A DNA stretch of 64,000 bases from Ptychomitrium polyphyllum (GCA_973851085.1 OZ316775.1:13888001-13952000), one strand, 5' to 3'. Positions 48,968-61,100 are shown, counted from the stretch's first letter. Program-made: numbers and translations. Notes: generated by a model not told the origin, from the letters alone.

Positions 48968-51888
48968 ATGAAGGGAGATGGGGAGGATAATGGGCTCCGG
49001 AATTTTTTGTCACTTGGGAGCTCAAGTAGGAGCTCAGGGAGCAGGAGTGAGGAGAGAGAAAGATTTTCAGGAAGGGTAGGCGACGAGTGCTTGGAACTGA
49101 ACCTCACCATGTTACCATCGCTCTCGAGGGATGGACTGACCATGCTGGCGGGTGGTTCAAGTGGCAGCTTTAGTCTGAAGCCTCCTCCAGTGTTGAATCT
49201 GAGTGGGATACCCTGCTTGCGCAATATGACCTTGGGTGGTGAGGGCCAGGGAGCGAGTAGCAAGGTGACTGGTGGTGGATTCTCAGGTTTCTACAGGTCT
49301 AGTGCGCCCAAGACGACGTGGTTCAGTTCGCCGGCAGCGACTGGGTCGCAGTTTATGAGCGAGGAAACGCAGATGAGGGATGAGGCAGGGACGTCTTCCA
49401 TTCACCGAGGAAGCAGTAGCATTGTTAGGAAGCTGGAACAGCCGCTGAGAACGGACGTGGAAAATTTGACACCGGACGAATGCTGGAGCCTAATTCTCAA
49501 ACTTGGTAAGCATGGTCTTATGTGCTTGTACAAGTTGTGAATTTATTGGGCCACACGGAGTCACTTTGCAAAATTTCGCTGCAAGATATTTTGTAATTTG
49601 TTGCACACATAATGCCTAACAATTGAAGGATGATGGCCAATTTTGTACGTTATATCAAGGATTCCATCAACTACTTATACACACGAGATTCTTATACATG
49701 AGATTATTTAGTGGATGTCTGTTGATTTATGTTTCATGCGCTACATCCTCTGCTTGGGGAAACGTGAGGCAAGAGAAACGTGGCGTACTGTGTAAAGTAG
49801 CGTCTCTGGTGGGAAACACTTGTTAAGATCCTTATTGTACCGGTTTGGGTTTTTGAATCTTGAGTTAGATTAGCATCAGCGTTTGATGTAGTGACTCGGT
49901 CGAGATTTTTCTGTACCTGTTTACAGATGTTTATGGGAGTTTGTCATTTATGTAGGGAAGCGCTGGCCTGCTTGGGACGGAACGACGGTTTTACAGTCAT
50001 TTGTAAGTTTCGTTTATGCCAAGCAGCCTATCTTTGAAGTACTTCGTCTTTTGCAGACTTGTGTCTTGTCAATGTTTGCGACTGAGTAAATTCTTTCTTG
50101 TTCTTATGTAAAAGGTCTTTACTAAACTTTCAAAATTTTAAAACGATACTTGCTGTATTGAAACAGCAAGACGTGATAGGAGATAGGAGTTCACTTCTCG
50201 AAGGCTTAGATGTTGCCCATCAATCGCGTAAGGAGGAGCGTCTGGGTGGAAATTCTGAAATTTTACAACTAAGACAGAACTCTTTGCAGTTGCTCACTAG
50301 TCGGGCATTAGACGCGCTTGCACAGACTCTTGACCGATATGGCAGACCTGCTGGCAGCATGCTAGCTCCAAAACTGTCAACACAGGAGTTTTCGAAAACT
50401 AAAGCAGCAAGAGATTTATTAGTACTTACTTCACAATCAGCACATCCTACACTGGCTGTTTCTCGACAACCAACTTTGTCAGCGAAACCACCCACTTCAT
50501 CTCGAGTTATGTAAGGCCTCTATCACCAGTTTGTATCGCCGATGTTTTATCTCATTGCGTGCTTCATTGTAGAGATAGATGTGCGTTTCTAATGTTTGTG
50601 ATGTCTGAACAACAGGGCTGCCCTTGATTCGGCAGGACCTCGGACTGCACAATTGACAATCTTCTATGATGGCAAAGTAAACGTGTGCAATAATGTTCCA
50701 GAAGATAAGGTAAATTAGTTTAGTTAATCTTATTGTCCTCCTGTTCTTGAGAGAAACTTTGTCTGTATTTTCATCGGTAGTGTACGCTTGATTCGTAGTG
50801 TTGCGAAGTTATCGAGGGTACTTTCTGCAGCTTTCAGCCTGCCCAAATTACTATTGGCTTGTTCCGCAAATTTTGAGTGTTCTTTCTTTCTGGCTGATAT
50901 AGGCGCGCCTTCTTATGCTGTTTGCTGAAAAATCATCGATAAATCCCAATGTGCAAGTACTTGAAGCAAGTGCATTGTGTGCGGCACCTTCAACTAGTGC
51001 TTCAGCTCAAGTCACTCCTGCCTTAGTTCGTACTCCTCAAGAAAGTGCTCGATCACAAGAAGACCTCCAGCTTTCTCAGCCTTCTTTGCACCCAGCTTTG
51101 GTGACTGGGACATCTTCTGTTCCCTCTCACAGCGTGGCTTCTCTAAGAAATCATTTGGGAGGTTCCAGCTCTCATCAAAAGCCTTTAGGGAGTTCAAATC
51201 CTGCAGAGCTTGCAACTGCTGGACCGTCTCTTAAGATTTCCGTCACGGAGGGCAACTCTCGGCAACTCATGCAGCAATGTCTAAACGGCTCGATGTCTAA
51301 ACGTGAGTACTTTTTACTTTTCATTTTTGCAGAGTAGAGTGGAATATTTTAGGTTTTATTTGATTATTTGTTAGTTTGTGTGCGCCTGCTTGAGTTGTGG
51401 CGGTTAACTAGTTCGCGTGCTCGATCTATTCTCTTGCAGGTCTGCCAAATGCCCGGAAGAACTCATTGGCGCGTTTTCTGGATTCAAAGAAAAGGTTTGG
51501 CATATATAAATTTCTCGCTCTATTTTCACACATGTGTTTTTTGACACTCTTGAAGCCAAGGTCTTTTACTGCTGTTGTAGTACTTCAGTGCATGTTATCA
51601 CCGTCATTGATTTCAGTTCCTTTCATCAGGAACAAACCTACAGGAGAAACTTCCGAAGACCAACAACCAGCAAAAAAACTAGAATTTAGGCCTCCTCCGG
51701 ATAGTTCCCCAAGTGACGGAGACAACACGAAGGGTAGAGGGAAGTTACCCATGCCCTCGTGCAGCCAAGTTCATTCTGAGGGGATTACTATTGACTCGGA
51801 GGGGATTACTGTTGACTCGAAGGAGGGGATTACTGCCATGTTTACTAATGATGGTGAGATGAAAACTAATGATTCTCTCATGAAGTAG
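48968..51888 (+). CDS. TIFY-family repressor with PEAPOD-like domain, TIFY/ZIM domain and divergent Jas motif, about 578 aa, 7 coding exons
   Basis: Exons 48968-49505, 49956-50002, 50167-50510, 50616-50709, 50903-51302, 51440-51494 and 51630-51888 join in frame (1737 nt). ZIM: TAQLTIFYDGKVNVCNNVPEDKARLLMLFA. Jas: LPNARKNSLARFLDSKKR. PPD-like: DVENLTPDECWSLILKL|GKRWPAWDGTTVLQSF. The start codon is uncertain (acceptor at about 48946). Confidence 0.88.
51775..51834 (+). repeat. 21-bp coding tandem repeat (SEGITID/SEGITVD/SKEGIT) in the last TIFY exon
   Basis: TCTGAGGGGATTACTATTGAC, TCGGAGGGGATTACTGTTGAC, TCGAAGGAGGGGATTACT. Confidence 0.85.
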
Positions 51889-53157
51889 GATTTGCTCATG
51901 GAAACTAGTCCAAGTTGTAGACCAAAAATTAGGCCTTTTCCATTCCCTTGACTTTCTCAAATGAAAGCTGCAACGCAGCTTTTTTACTATTAATCGAGGT
52001 ATTGCATAGAAACTATCTTGGTTAGAGATTTTTTTTGTTACCGGTAACTTTCTTCTATCCAGATGTTGAAGGTGAGTCTGTACATGCAAGATAGAGTTGG
52101 TCATTTGAGGGGCTGGGGTTTTCTTGGCGTCCCACTAATTCTCCTAACGATATACTAGAAATTCTCGTTTGGTGATGGTGATCGTTAGTGAAGATAGAAA
52201 AACTGAGAATCGGGTTGCGAAAGAACTAAAGGATTCTTTTGATATGTAGGCATAAAGGAGAACCCTAGCTTTGTTGTCTATTCTGAGCAGGAAATGATCA
52301 TAGGACGAAGATTCTGTGGTGATAAACCGATAGCTTTCAGAATACTTGAAACAGAAGTAGCTGATGTCCTAAGTTGGCATTCTTGTGAATGCGGGAGAAT
52401 AGGGATTATTGATCATTCTGAAAATGATCAATTCCAGTGATTTCATTAGCGTATGTACTAGTTTGATTCTCGTGCGAACTGTTCTCTTATGACATTGAGT
52501 AACCTTTCAAGTAGTGCACGAGATGTACATGCATGGAAGTTAGTGACCATTTTATTTGCTAAATGGTTCTGCATGTGAATGTGCTTTGGTGGAAAATTGT
52601 GCATGTACTTCGCTTTACCCAACTTGCACGCTGCCCACAATCCTGCAGTCTTTTCAAAAAAATAGCATTGAAAACTTGCTCAGATACACCGTTGAATATG
52701 GTGCCATGATAGGGAGATGCTACTCTATGGTACATAATCTTAGTATGCACGTCTGCAAAAGGTCACATAGATTCACATTCGTAACCTTACCAACCGTTCC
52801 ATAGGATGATGGGACCCAGATTTTGAGCTTTGGATTCTCATCTTTTTCTTAAAACGAAAAAAACGAAAAAGGGTGAGTTGGGGCCTTGCGGATGCGAGCT
52901 TCTTGCAGCGCTCCTCACTTTGCTGCGGATTTAACATGATTCACGCATTACAGTTGGCAACTTGGCGATCTGATCACTCAAATCTCGTTTTACTTCATGG
53001 CCATCTTTTCGTGAGGTCTTCTGTCTTTGATGACTTAGTTTGTGATGAGCACCGATTCAATGGCTATCTTTTCCAACACCTCGCGCTATCATGTGCTGAG
53101 ATCGTGAACATGCTGACTTCATCCTCTGAATTAGATTGAGTGATCAGATCACCAGCT

Positions 53158-54303
53158 ATGTCTGCCGGAGGCGGCGATTTTCTTCGGAAGTTGCAGAAGG
53201 AGGAGGAGGCGCAGCAGAGGTTAAGCAGAGAGTCGAGGAAACCGAAGTACACGCGCTTCTCCCAACAAGAGCTGGGATCATGCAAGCCCTTGCTGACGCC
53301 GATGTGCATCGTCTTCGTATACGTCTTCATCGGCGCCATCTGCATCCCAATTGGAGTCTTCACATTGAAAGCCTCCTGGTCCGTTGTCGAGCTCGAGTTT
53401 CAGTATGACACAGTCTGCATCATGAAATACGCGACACCCACAAACCCCTTGGCGACCGCTGAGGCGAAGTCCGCGTTCATGCAAGACTACAACAAACGGA
53501 AGAACTGCACCATCTCCATGAACGTCACAAAGCACATGAAGCAGCCGATTTTCGTGTACTACAAACTCGGAAACTACTTCCAGAATCACAGGCGGTATGT
53601 GAAGAGCAAGAGCGAGCGGCAGATTCGGGGACTTCCTGCTTCCCAAACAGAGCTCAACGATTGCAAACCCGAAGACATGGTTGGCGGGAAGATCATTGTC
53701 CCTTGCGGCATGGTAGCTTGGAGCCTCTTCAACGACACATTCGAACTCTCGACAAATGCTTTCTACAGCGAAGGCGGCAATGTATTTATCAACAAAACCT
53801 CGATCTCGTGGAAGAACGACCGGGAGGAGCGGTTCAACAACACCGTGTTTCCAAGCTTCAACTTCGTCAACAACAACCGTACCACGGTTGCGAACGCTTC
53901 CCCGATCGGCGGCTGCAGCCTCAATGTCAGCCAGCCGCTGAGCATGAACGAGAATCTCATAGTGTGGATGCGCACCGCCGCCTTACCCACTTTTCGCAAG
54001 CTCTACGGGCGGATCGAAACCGACCTGAATCCCGATACGACACTGACTGTCAACATCAACAATTTTTACAACACGTATGGCTTTCGTGGCAGCAAGACGC
54101 TCATCTTGTCGACCATGAGTTGGATTGGCGGCAGAAATGACTATCTAGGGTTCACGTACCTTGTTGTGGGATTCGTTTCTACTCTTGTCGGGCTCATCTT
54201 CCTGTGTGTGCATTGCAAGAATCCTCGTCCTCTGGGAGACAAGTCGTATCTCTCTTGGGTGAGGAAAAGTGCGGACGCTGGAGCCGCTTCAGCGACAATA
54301 TGA
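53158..54303 (+). CDS. ALIS: ALA-interacting subunit (ALIS, CDC50/LEM3 family; P4-ATPase flippase beta-subunit), 381 aa, intronless
   Basis: KPKYTRFSQQELGSCKPLLTP, TM1, YYKLGNYFQNHRRYVKS, IVPCGMVAWSLFNDT, WMRTAALPTFRKLYG, SWIGGRNDYLG, TM2, PRPLGD. Confidence 0.96.
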   Translation: MSAGGGDFLRKLQKEEEAQQRLSRESRKPKYTRFSQQELGSCKPLLTPMCIVFVYVFIGAICIPIGVFTLKASWSVVELEFQYDTVCIMKYATPTNPLATAEAKSAFMQDYNKRKNCTISMNVTKHMKQPIFVYYKLGNYFQNHRRYVKSKSERQIRGLPASQTELNDCKPEDMVGGKIIVPCGMVAWSLFNDTFELSTNAFYSEGGNVFINKTSISWKNDREERFNNTVFPSFNFVNNNRTTVANASPIGGCSLNVSQPLSMNENLIVWMRTAALPTFRKLYGRIETDLNPDTTLTVNINNFYNTYGFRGSKTLILSTMSWIGGRNDYLGFTYLVVGFVSTLVGLIFLCVHCKNPRPLGDKSYLSWVRKSADAGAASATI

Positions 54304-55049
54304 TGTGTAAATAAGCTCCACAAAAGAACATGATATGCCATAGTAAGCTTAACTGTTTCTTCGACGCCAACAATGGAACTTAATAGTTCTCTTTGATCAC
54401 CAAAGATGGCTCCTCCATCAGAGTGCAATCAGTGCGGTTCTGTCAATGCAGGATGATACCAGGCTTGCAGATGACGTGACTCAGTCACTCCTTAAAATGT
54501 AAACTGCATTATCACCATAACGTGGGCTCCCAAGCTGGTCGTGGCAATGAGGTTATGTGCAGGCTACCCCACTGATTCTGGAATCAGAGAAGAGAGAAGC
54601 CAAATTACTGAACGCTTGTTTCCACATGCAGTGCAGGCAGTGTAAGCCTTGGGAACCTGTCAGTCACAATTGAGGTTCACTAGTTGTTTGCTAAGACTGT
54701 AATTGCGAAATGGCGACTGGAACGACATTACAATTGCATGGCACTGAGTCATTACCATGAGCCTCCTTCAAGTGTCAGTCTAAACGTTTGTGGACTGTGT
54801 TGGTCTACACATTTGAAAAGGGAACCACAAACCTGTCACACAGAAATGTTGTTCACTGATCTCGTATTCTGTTTCCGGATCCATGATGACTTAAGTAGTT
54901 ACAACTGTTGGTTTGTCTACTTGTTTATGTGTAACTAGCAGACATTGTAAAAGGTTCAGCTGAGCTTTATTTGTGTGTACCATAGTAATACATATTGTTG
55001 ATTGTAACACATTGTAGAAGTTATACATCCAGTTAGGAACAATTGTTCA

Positions 55050-56335
55050 TTGTCTAAATTGTCATTAGACTTTTGAAATCTATTGCGGGTTTAGATGCAT
55101 GATACATTTCAAATCACCTAATGTGATATTGTCTAAAGAGGGGAGGTGGAAGAATACTCTCTGCTTCTAGACGAACTTGGATAGTCACAAAAAATTATAA
55201 TACATCCAAGAATAGTCTAAGAAGAATTAATTTTATATTGAACCTCTTTGGAATCATTTAGATTTGATCAAGTCTATTCATTTATGAGATTATGTTGGTG
55301 CATGCTTGAGAAAGTTTTAATTTTAAGAAACAACCATATATGGAAACTTTCTAAATATAACATGCTATAGCAAGTAAAAAAATTAAAATGGCCAAATCTA
55401 TGGCTTCGATTAATGCATGACTTTTATTTTCATGTAAAAAATCTTTGTAGTCTTTTCAAAAGAATGTTATGAGGAAATAACTAGAAGTAAATTCGTTTTT
55501 TAAGTAGCTTTTAAGATTTTTGAAATAATGGATTATTTGAAATATCCATCATCAATAATAATTGTAGGAAATATAAACATAATATTAGAATTTTGAAATT
55601 GCACTTTGATATATTTTTAAAGATTGAACAAATTTAAAGGATCAAAAGTAAAATACAAATGAGGAAATGATAATCAAATTTGTACAAGAACATTAAACCA
55701 ATAATAAATTAAAATAAATTAGAAAAAAGAATTCTTATTATTCAATTTAGAAAATAGTATAATTTAGTTAAAATTAGTGAAATGAGTTTGTACTTGGATT
55801 TTTAATAATACAAGCATAAAAAAGATTGTTAATCATATTTTCAAATTATTATTGTTTTTAGTCATTGAGGATTATTTACAACATGCCAAAGCCTTAATTT
55901 TCCAAAGATAAAAAAAACAAATTTCAATGCAATTTGAATAACATTATAATGAACACTATTAAACATTGTACTTTAATAGTTTTTATTGTCACTTACATTT
56001 ACGCATATATGTGTGATTATATTCATCCATTTAAGGTTTGGAAAAGTTTGTACCAACTAATCAAAAAATTTAACATTTAAATCTTCAAATTGAAGGCATA
56101 CAAAAGCATAAAAATAATATCATAAATCTATGTTAAATTATTTTTTTAGGTCAAGAGAAAGCCTTCATATTAAGGGAAGTATCATAAGAGTATACCATCT
56201 CAAACACTCATACTTTCCAATTGAATTTGAGAATTCATTGTTAGTTAGATTATATACATTTTCCAAACTTTTAAGTTTATTAATACAACTCTTGATAATG
56301 TTCTGTTGGTCTTGAATGCTATGTAATTTTAAACC
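55050..56335. other. AT-rich, CpG-depleted decayed block
   Basis: Abrupt switch to GC-richer sequence at about 56338, with no credible ORF inside. Confidence 0.5.
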
Positions 56336-56392
56336 TTAGACCGACGCCCCTCTACGGTTGCACACCTCCCCCTTCCCCGTCGCCCACGCTCA

Positions 56393-57021
56393 TTATGGTG
56401 GCCTTTTCAACCGAGGAGATTGCCATCTTCCAGGCACTATCACATCATCGGAGAAGTTCAACCGTTCTTCATTGAATGCCTCATTGGAGGCCGTGATGCG
56501 CTTCTCAGCCATTGCTCCATCCTTCATACTATTGGAAAACAACAGGTGTTGGAAAGTAACACAAGTATGAGGATAGAAACTGATGACCATGGAAGGATTG
56601 ATAACCATGCCCACTTACCCTGGATCCACCCGTTTTGTAGGAAAGGTTTACTTTACCACTTACCCAGTAGACGGCGGGTACAGGTACGCTCTGTAAGTGC
56701 TGTAGGTGCACAACCGTCGGTCTACACGCAAATTTGTCCAATTGGAAGTATACTTCTTGTACAGCGAGTACAATCTGAGGCATGTCCTACATGCGAGGTA
56801 CTGCACTCTGCACACAGACACAGCAGGCGTCACATATCTGAAACGCTGTTTCGTGACCACAGCTCCTGGATGATGGATCCCCTCAGTGGTCAGCTGCGTT
56901 GTGACTCCCGCGTGAGTGGAGTTCAGTCCACTTACCTTAATGACGCTTGTACTTGGATATTCCTACGCAGACGACGCTTATGATCTGTTCCGAGGAAGCA
57001 GTTTGCCAGCTGAGTCTGCAT
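56393..57021 (-). CDS. Candidate three-exon small gene of unknown function (121 aa)
   Basis: Exons 57021-56936, 56807-56664 and 56528-56393. Donors AG|GTAAGT and GG|GTAAGT and pyrimidine-rich CAG/TAG acceptors give an open frame from ATG to TAA. No family recognised. Confidence 0.35.
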
Positions 57022-58168
57022 CACAGATGCACTGGTATAAGCAGTAACTCAGCCAAGTTCTTGTGTGGTTTTGTTACAACTTTGAGCTGTCCACTGCAGC
57101 TTGCACTGTACTTAGGGTGAAGTAGCTCTCCTCTGAAGGTAAAGGCGCCACTTTTGAGACCATAAGGCGTAGTTTGTTGTAGATGAATTCGAGGAGCGCC
57201 GACAGACTCGGGTGGAGTAGAATCAATCGGTGAGCCGTGTTCATCAGGACCAAGTGTGGCGGTGATGCTGTGCTTTCACATTGTGGTTACGTGACGTGGT
57301 CCTTGACGATGGCTTACTAGCAAGTCGTCAGCGACGTTTTAAGCAGGACGGTAGAGCAGGCTAGGCCGATTCCACTGTCTATGGTACAATGCAGGTGTCG
57401 TGGCTGGAAGTGCATGCCAAGTGCTTGCCGACGCGGGTAATGGAGCTTTGCTCGATGATTGAAGCAGTACAATGGCGTCTCGGACACCCTGCACCTCAGT
57501 AGCTCACTCACATGCGGTGTATGGAATTGAACCCTGTGGTACTACTCCTGAAAAGTGCTGCGCTTAGTGCTGCAGCATCAGCTCGATGCTTTCTCTGGCT
57601 TCACTTTTACAGAAATGTGTAGCCTAAGCGTAGGGCGTCGTTTCGTCACTCTCCTCCATGGCTTTTCGTCATAGGTAACCCTTGTCTCCTGCCATAGCCC
57701 AGTGAAGTTTCTTCTTGGATGCAGCTTGCAGAAAGGCAATGAGAAAATTCCTGTCGCCTCAAGGTTGTCAATGCAGCCAAGGAGTAGTCCCCAATCGTCA
57801 CAATGACTAGATGCTGTACTAAAGCCTCCAAGCCATGGAGTTAGACTTTCCCTCGTAGACAATGCACAGGCAATATTGCTGCTGGTCAGATGCACTTAGG
57901 TTAAAAGAGTTGTTGATGATCTCATTTCGCCTGCAGGAATGTGTGTGCTTAGTGCTGCATGTAGAAGGTGCAGTTGCGTGTTACGACCAGGTTATTTGCT
58001 GCCCAGCTACTCTTGTGAAGCTTCGTTCACTTCGCCATGGATTTTCTCGTGAGGAAGTGGCAATGGAGGCGCTCTGCTACACACTAACTGGTTTGTGATT
58101 TCATTGGGGTTGGGAAGCAGACCATTATCCCTGGCGGTTACTGAAGGATTGAACAGTGTGTGAAGATT

Positions 58169-61100
58169 ATGACCAGGAGATCGGGGAAGGCTCGAGCTGC
58201 TCAACTATGCTCCACATCTTCCACTGATAAGCTGTCTATCCTGCGGACACATCTGGGGCGGCATTTGCACTTGACTAACAACATTCACGTGAAGTACCAT
58301 ATTCACATGCAGAGGAAGAACGGACACAACCGAATGCAGGATCCTCGACGCACTCCACAGCTTCCTCTAAGGAGGGAGCTGACCGCTGTAAAGAAGGTGA
58401 AGTCCCTCCGAGACCCGTCCACAAGCTCCTATTCCTTCAGTCCTGTGTCAACCTGCGCCTCCACTGCTGGGCACGAGTGTAGGGCAAGCAATGGCAATGG
58501 CTGGGCGCATTCGGATGACTTGCAGTCGCGAGAAAGAGTGCGTCGACCGCCGCAACGACGCAAAGATAGAGAAGAAACAGATGGGTTCGTTGCGAGAAGT
58601 CATGCGTACAGGGAATCATGCAATGAAAATGGCCATGGCGAGAATCTGACGAGGAGAGAAGTCGAGGAGTACGCGGCGTTGGCCCAGAGGAGTGATCGTT
58701 ACCGGAGTTGTCAGTTGTTCTCCAATTCTCAGCCGAATGCGAATGCCGCTGGCCACAGGGTTGAAGAGAGATGGCAGGGAAACGTAGCGGAAAGTGCGAG
58801 AAGACTGATTGCGGAGCAGAACCAGTGCTTCTCCTCACCTGCACATGCCTACATGGCCAGCCTTGCGCGAGCGCATTGTCTCTCGCTTCTAGGTTTTCAA
58901 GACGACGCCACGACCTCCGAAGCGGAGAGCAGTTTCCTCGAGAGTGAAGATTGCGAAGCAAGGTTGATGGCATCGGAGCATCCCTCAAACTCGGCCGGGT
59001 CAGCCCCGGTCAAGCGAGGGCACAGAAACCAGCGACGATGGAAGGATGCCAGTCATGGTAATGGCAATCTGAGAGCTGGGTTGCAGAACTCTCGAGCTCG
59101 AAGGGCAATGAATGGCAACAAAGAAGCACCTATCGTACTCGCCATGACAGACGAGCTCGACGTCTCTGAAATCCCGCAAAATGGCTGTGGCATGCCATGG
59201 TACAAGCCCACCTCCAGTGCCAACAAGTACAAGAGCAAAAGCCTATTTAACTACGCATGCGCAATCCCGGAGGCTGTCACGACGAAGAAGGTCGTTGATG
59301 CACAGCAAGTATCCCGAAAGAGCTCTCGACACGGCTCACAGCGCGACCTGCAAGTGCCCATTGATCACGCGGACAACCACTTCATCCCGCTCCTCAACGG
59401 AAACGAAAAACCCAAAGATGAGATCGAACAACCCCCAGCTCGCGAAGCAGAACTTGCATCTATACCCAATCGGCGGGAGGAAAGCCAAGGTGAAGAAGAG
59501 AAAGCACAAGTAAGCACTCTGAGTATGAGTCACAAGTATCGACCGAGGTCGTTCAAGGATATGGTGGGACAAACCTTGGTGGTTAAATCCTTGACGACCG
59601 CCATCACGAAAGGGAAAGTGGTGCAAGCATACTTGTTCGCGGGTCCTCGCGGAACGGGGAAGACGAGCTGCGCCCGCGTCTTCGCCGCGGCGTTGGTGTG
59701 CCTCAACGTGGAGCCGCGTCGTCGACCATGCGGGCTGTGTCGCGAATGTGCAACACTAACCCTTAATCGGAGCAGAGACGTCGAGGAGATCGACGTCGCG
59801 AGGAGCTCAGACCTCGACCGCGTGAGGTCGTTCCTGAATCTGTCTCCGAGATCCAATGCTCGCCAACGCGTCTTCATCGTCAAGAGATGCGATTCTCTCA
59901 GCAATGAGCTCTGGACCTCGTTTTTGAAATTTCTCGATACGCTACCGAAGAATGTTGTCTTCATTCTCATCGCCACCGACCTCGAACGGCTGCCCATGGC
60001 AGCCACGTCCAGGTGAACTTCACTCTTCTTGCATTGAGTTTCTCTATGCAAAACGATTATATCTCTGTCTTAGGAAGCTCAGCGAAAAATTCTCCTCGTG
60101 AATGCAGGTGCCAGAAGTACCACTTTGGAAAATTGAAAGAGTCGGATATTGTCACTCGGTTACAGGTGCTGGCGGAGAAGGAGAAGCTTGACGTTGACGA
60201 GGCAGCACTGTTCCTGATTGCGTCGAGAGCAGATGGATCGCTGCGAGATGCAGAATCGATGCTTGATCAGCTTAGTCTCTTGGATCAGACCATCACACTT
60301 TCCATGGTCCAAGAGCTTGTACGTCACTAGCAACTGGAAGGGCTCTACGTTTTCTTACAGATGTGGTTTTCTTGTGTTTTCTTAGTATCTATATGTGCTT
60401 TCTGTGAGCTGAACGTGGTTGATGGGCATTTGGGTTCAGTCAGGGCTGATCCCAGATGCGAAGCTTGTCGACCTCCTGGACATGGCGCTGGCAGCGGACA
60501 CGGTGAACACAGTGAAGGGAATGCGGGAGCTTCTCCACGCTGGGGTGGATGCGTTGTCCCTCGTAGCCCAGCTTGCTTCTCTCATCACCAACATCCTCGT
60601 CGGCACCTTCGACCTTCGGCGCGATGCTCGCAAGAAGGGTTTCTTCCATCGGAACATGCGTAAGTTTGTCCAAATCCAGTCCTCCAGATGTTCCACATCG
60701 TCTGATGCAATGTCCTCGACGAATATTCTTGCTTTTTTCACTCCCTCATACCATACTCATAGGGATCCACAGCGAGGAGGGAGGAGCAGCAACGCTTGCG
60801 GCAAGCTTTGAAGGTGCTGGCGGAGTGCGAGAAGCAGCTGCGAGCCTCCAACGACAGGTCGACATGGCTGACCGCTGCGCTCTTACAGTTCGCACCTGAT
60901 CGGTCATATCTCCCCTCCTCTGTGGACACAAGCAAGGCTCCAAGTCCCATCGCCTTTGACACCTTGGAGAGGCTACCGCCGGAAAATCAGCCTTGTACCC
61001 CCCGGCTCCCACCACCCCAACCTTCTGCTAGGAAACGTTCTCAGAAGAGCCCAGCCAACATTGACGTTACCTCACGGTTTCAAGGCCAAAAAGACAAGGA

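Noticed and set aside
53278..54140. Overlapping 122-aa (-) and 159-aa (+) ORFs inside ALIS
   Set aside because: Alternate-frame products of high GC3 codon usage, with no recognisable motifs.
56420..56983. 187-aa plus-strand ORF
   Set aside because: Non-ATG start and no recognisable motif; the splice signals here favour the opposite strand.
58437..60051. 183-aa and 173-aa minus-strand ORFs
   Set aside because: Antisense shadows of STICHEL-like exon 1.
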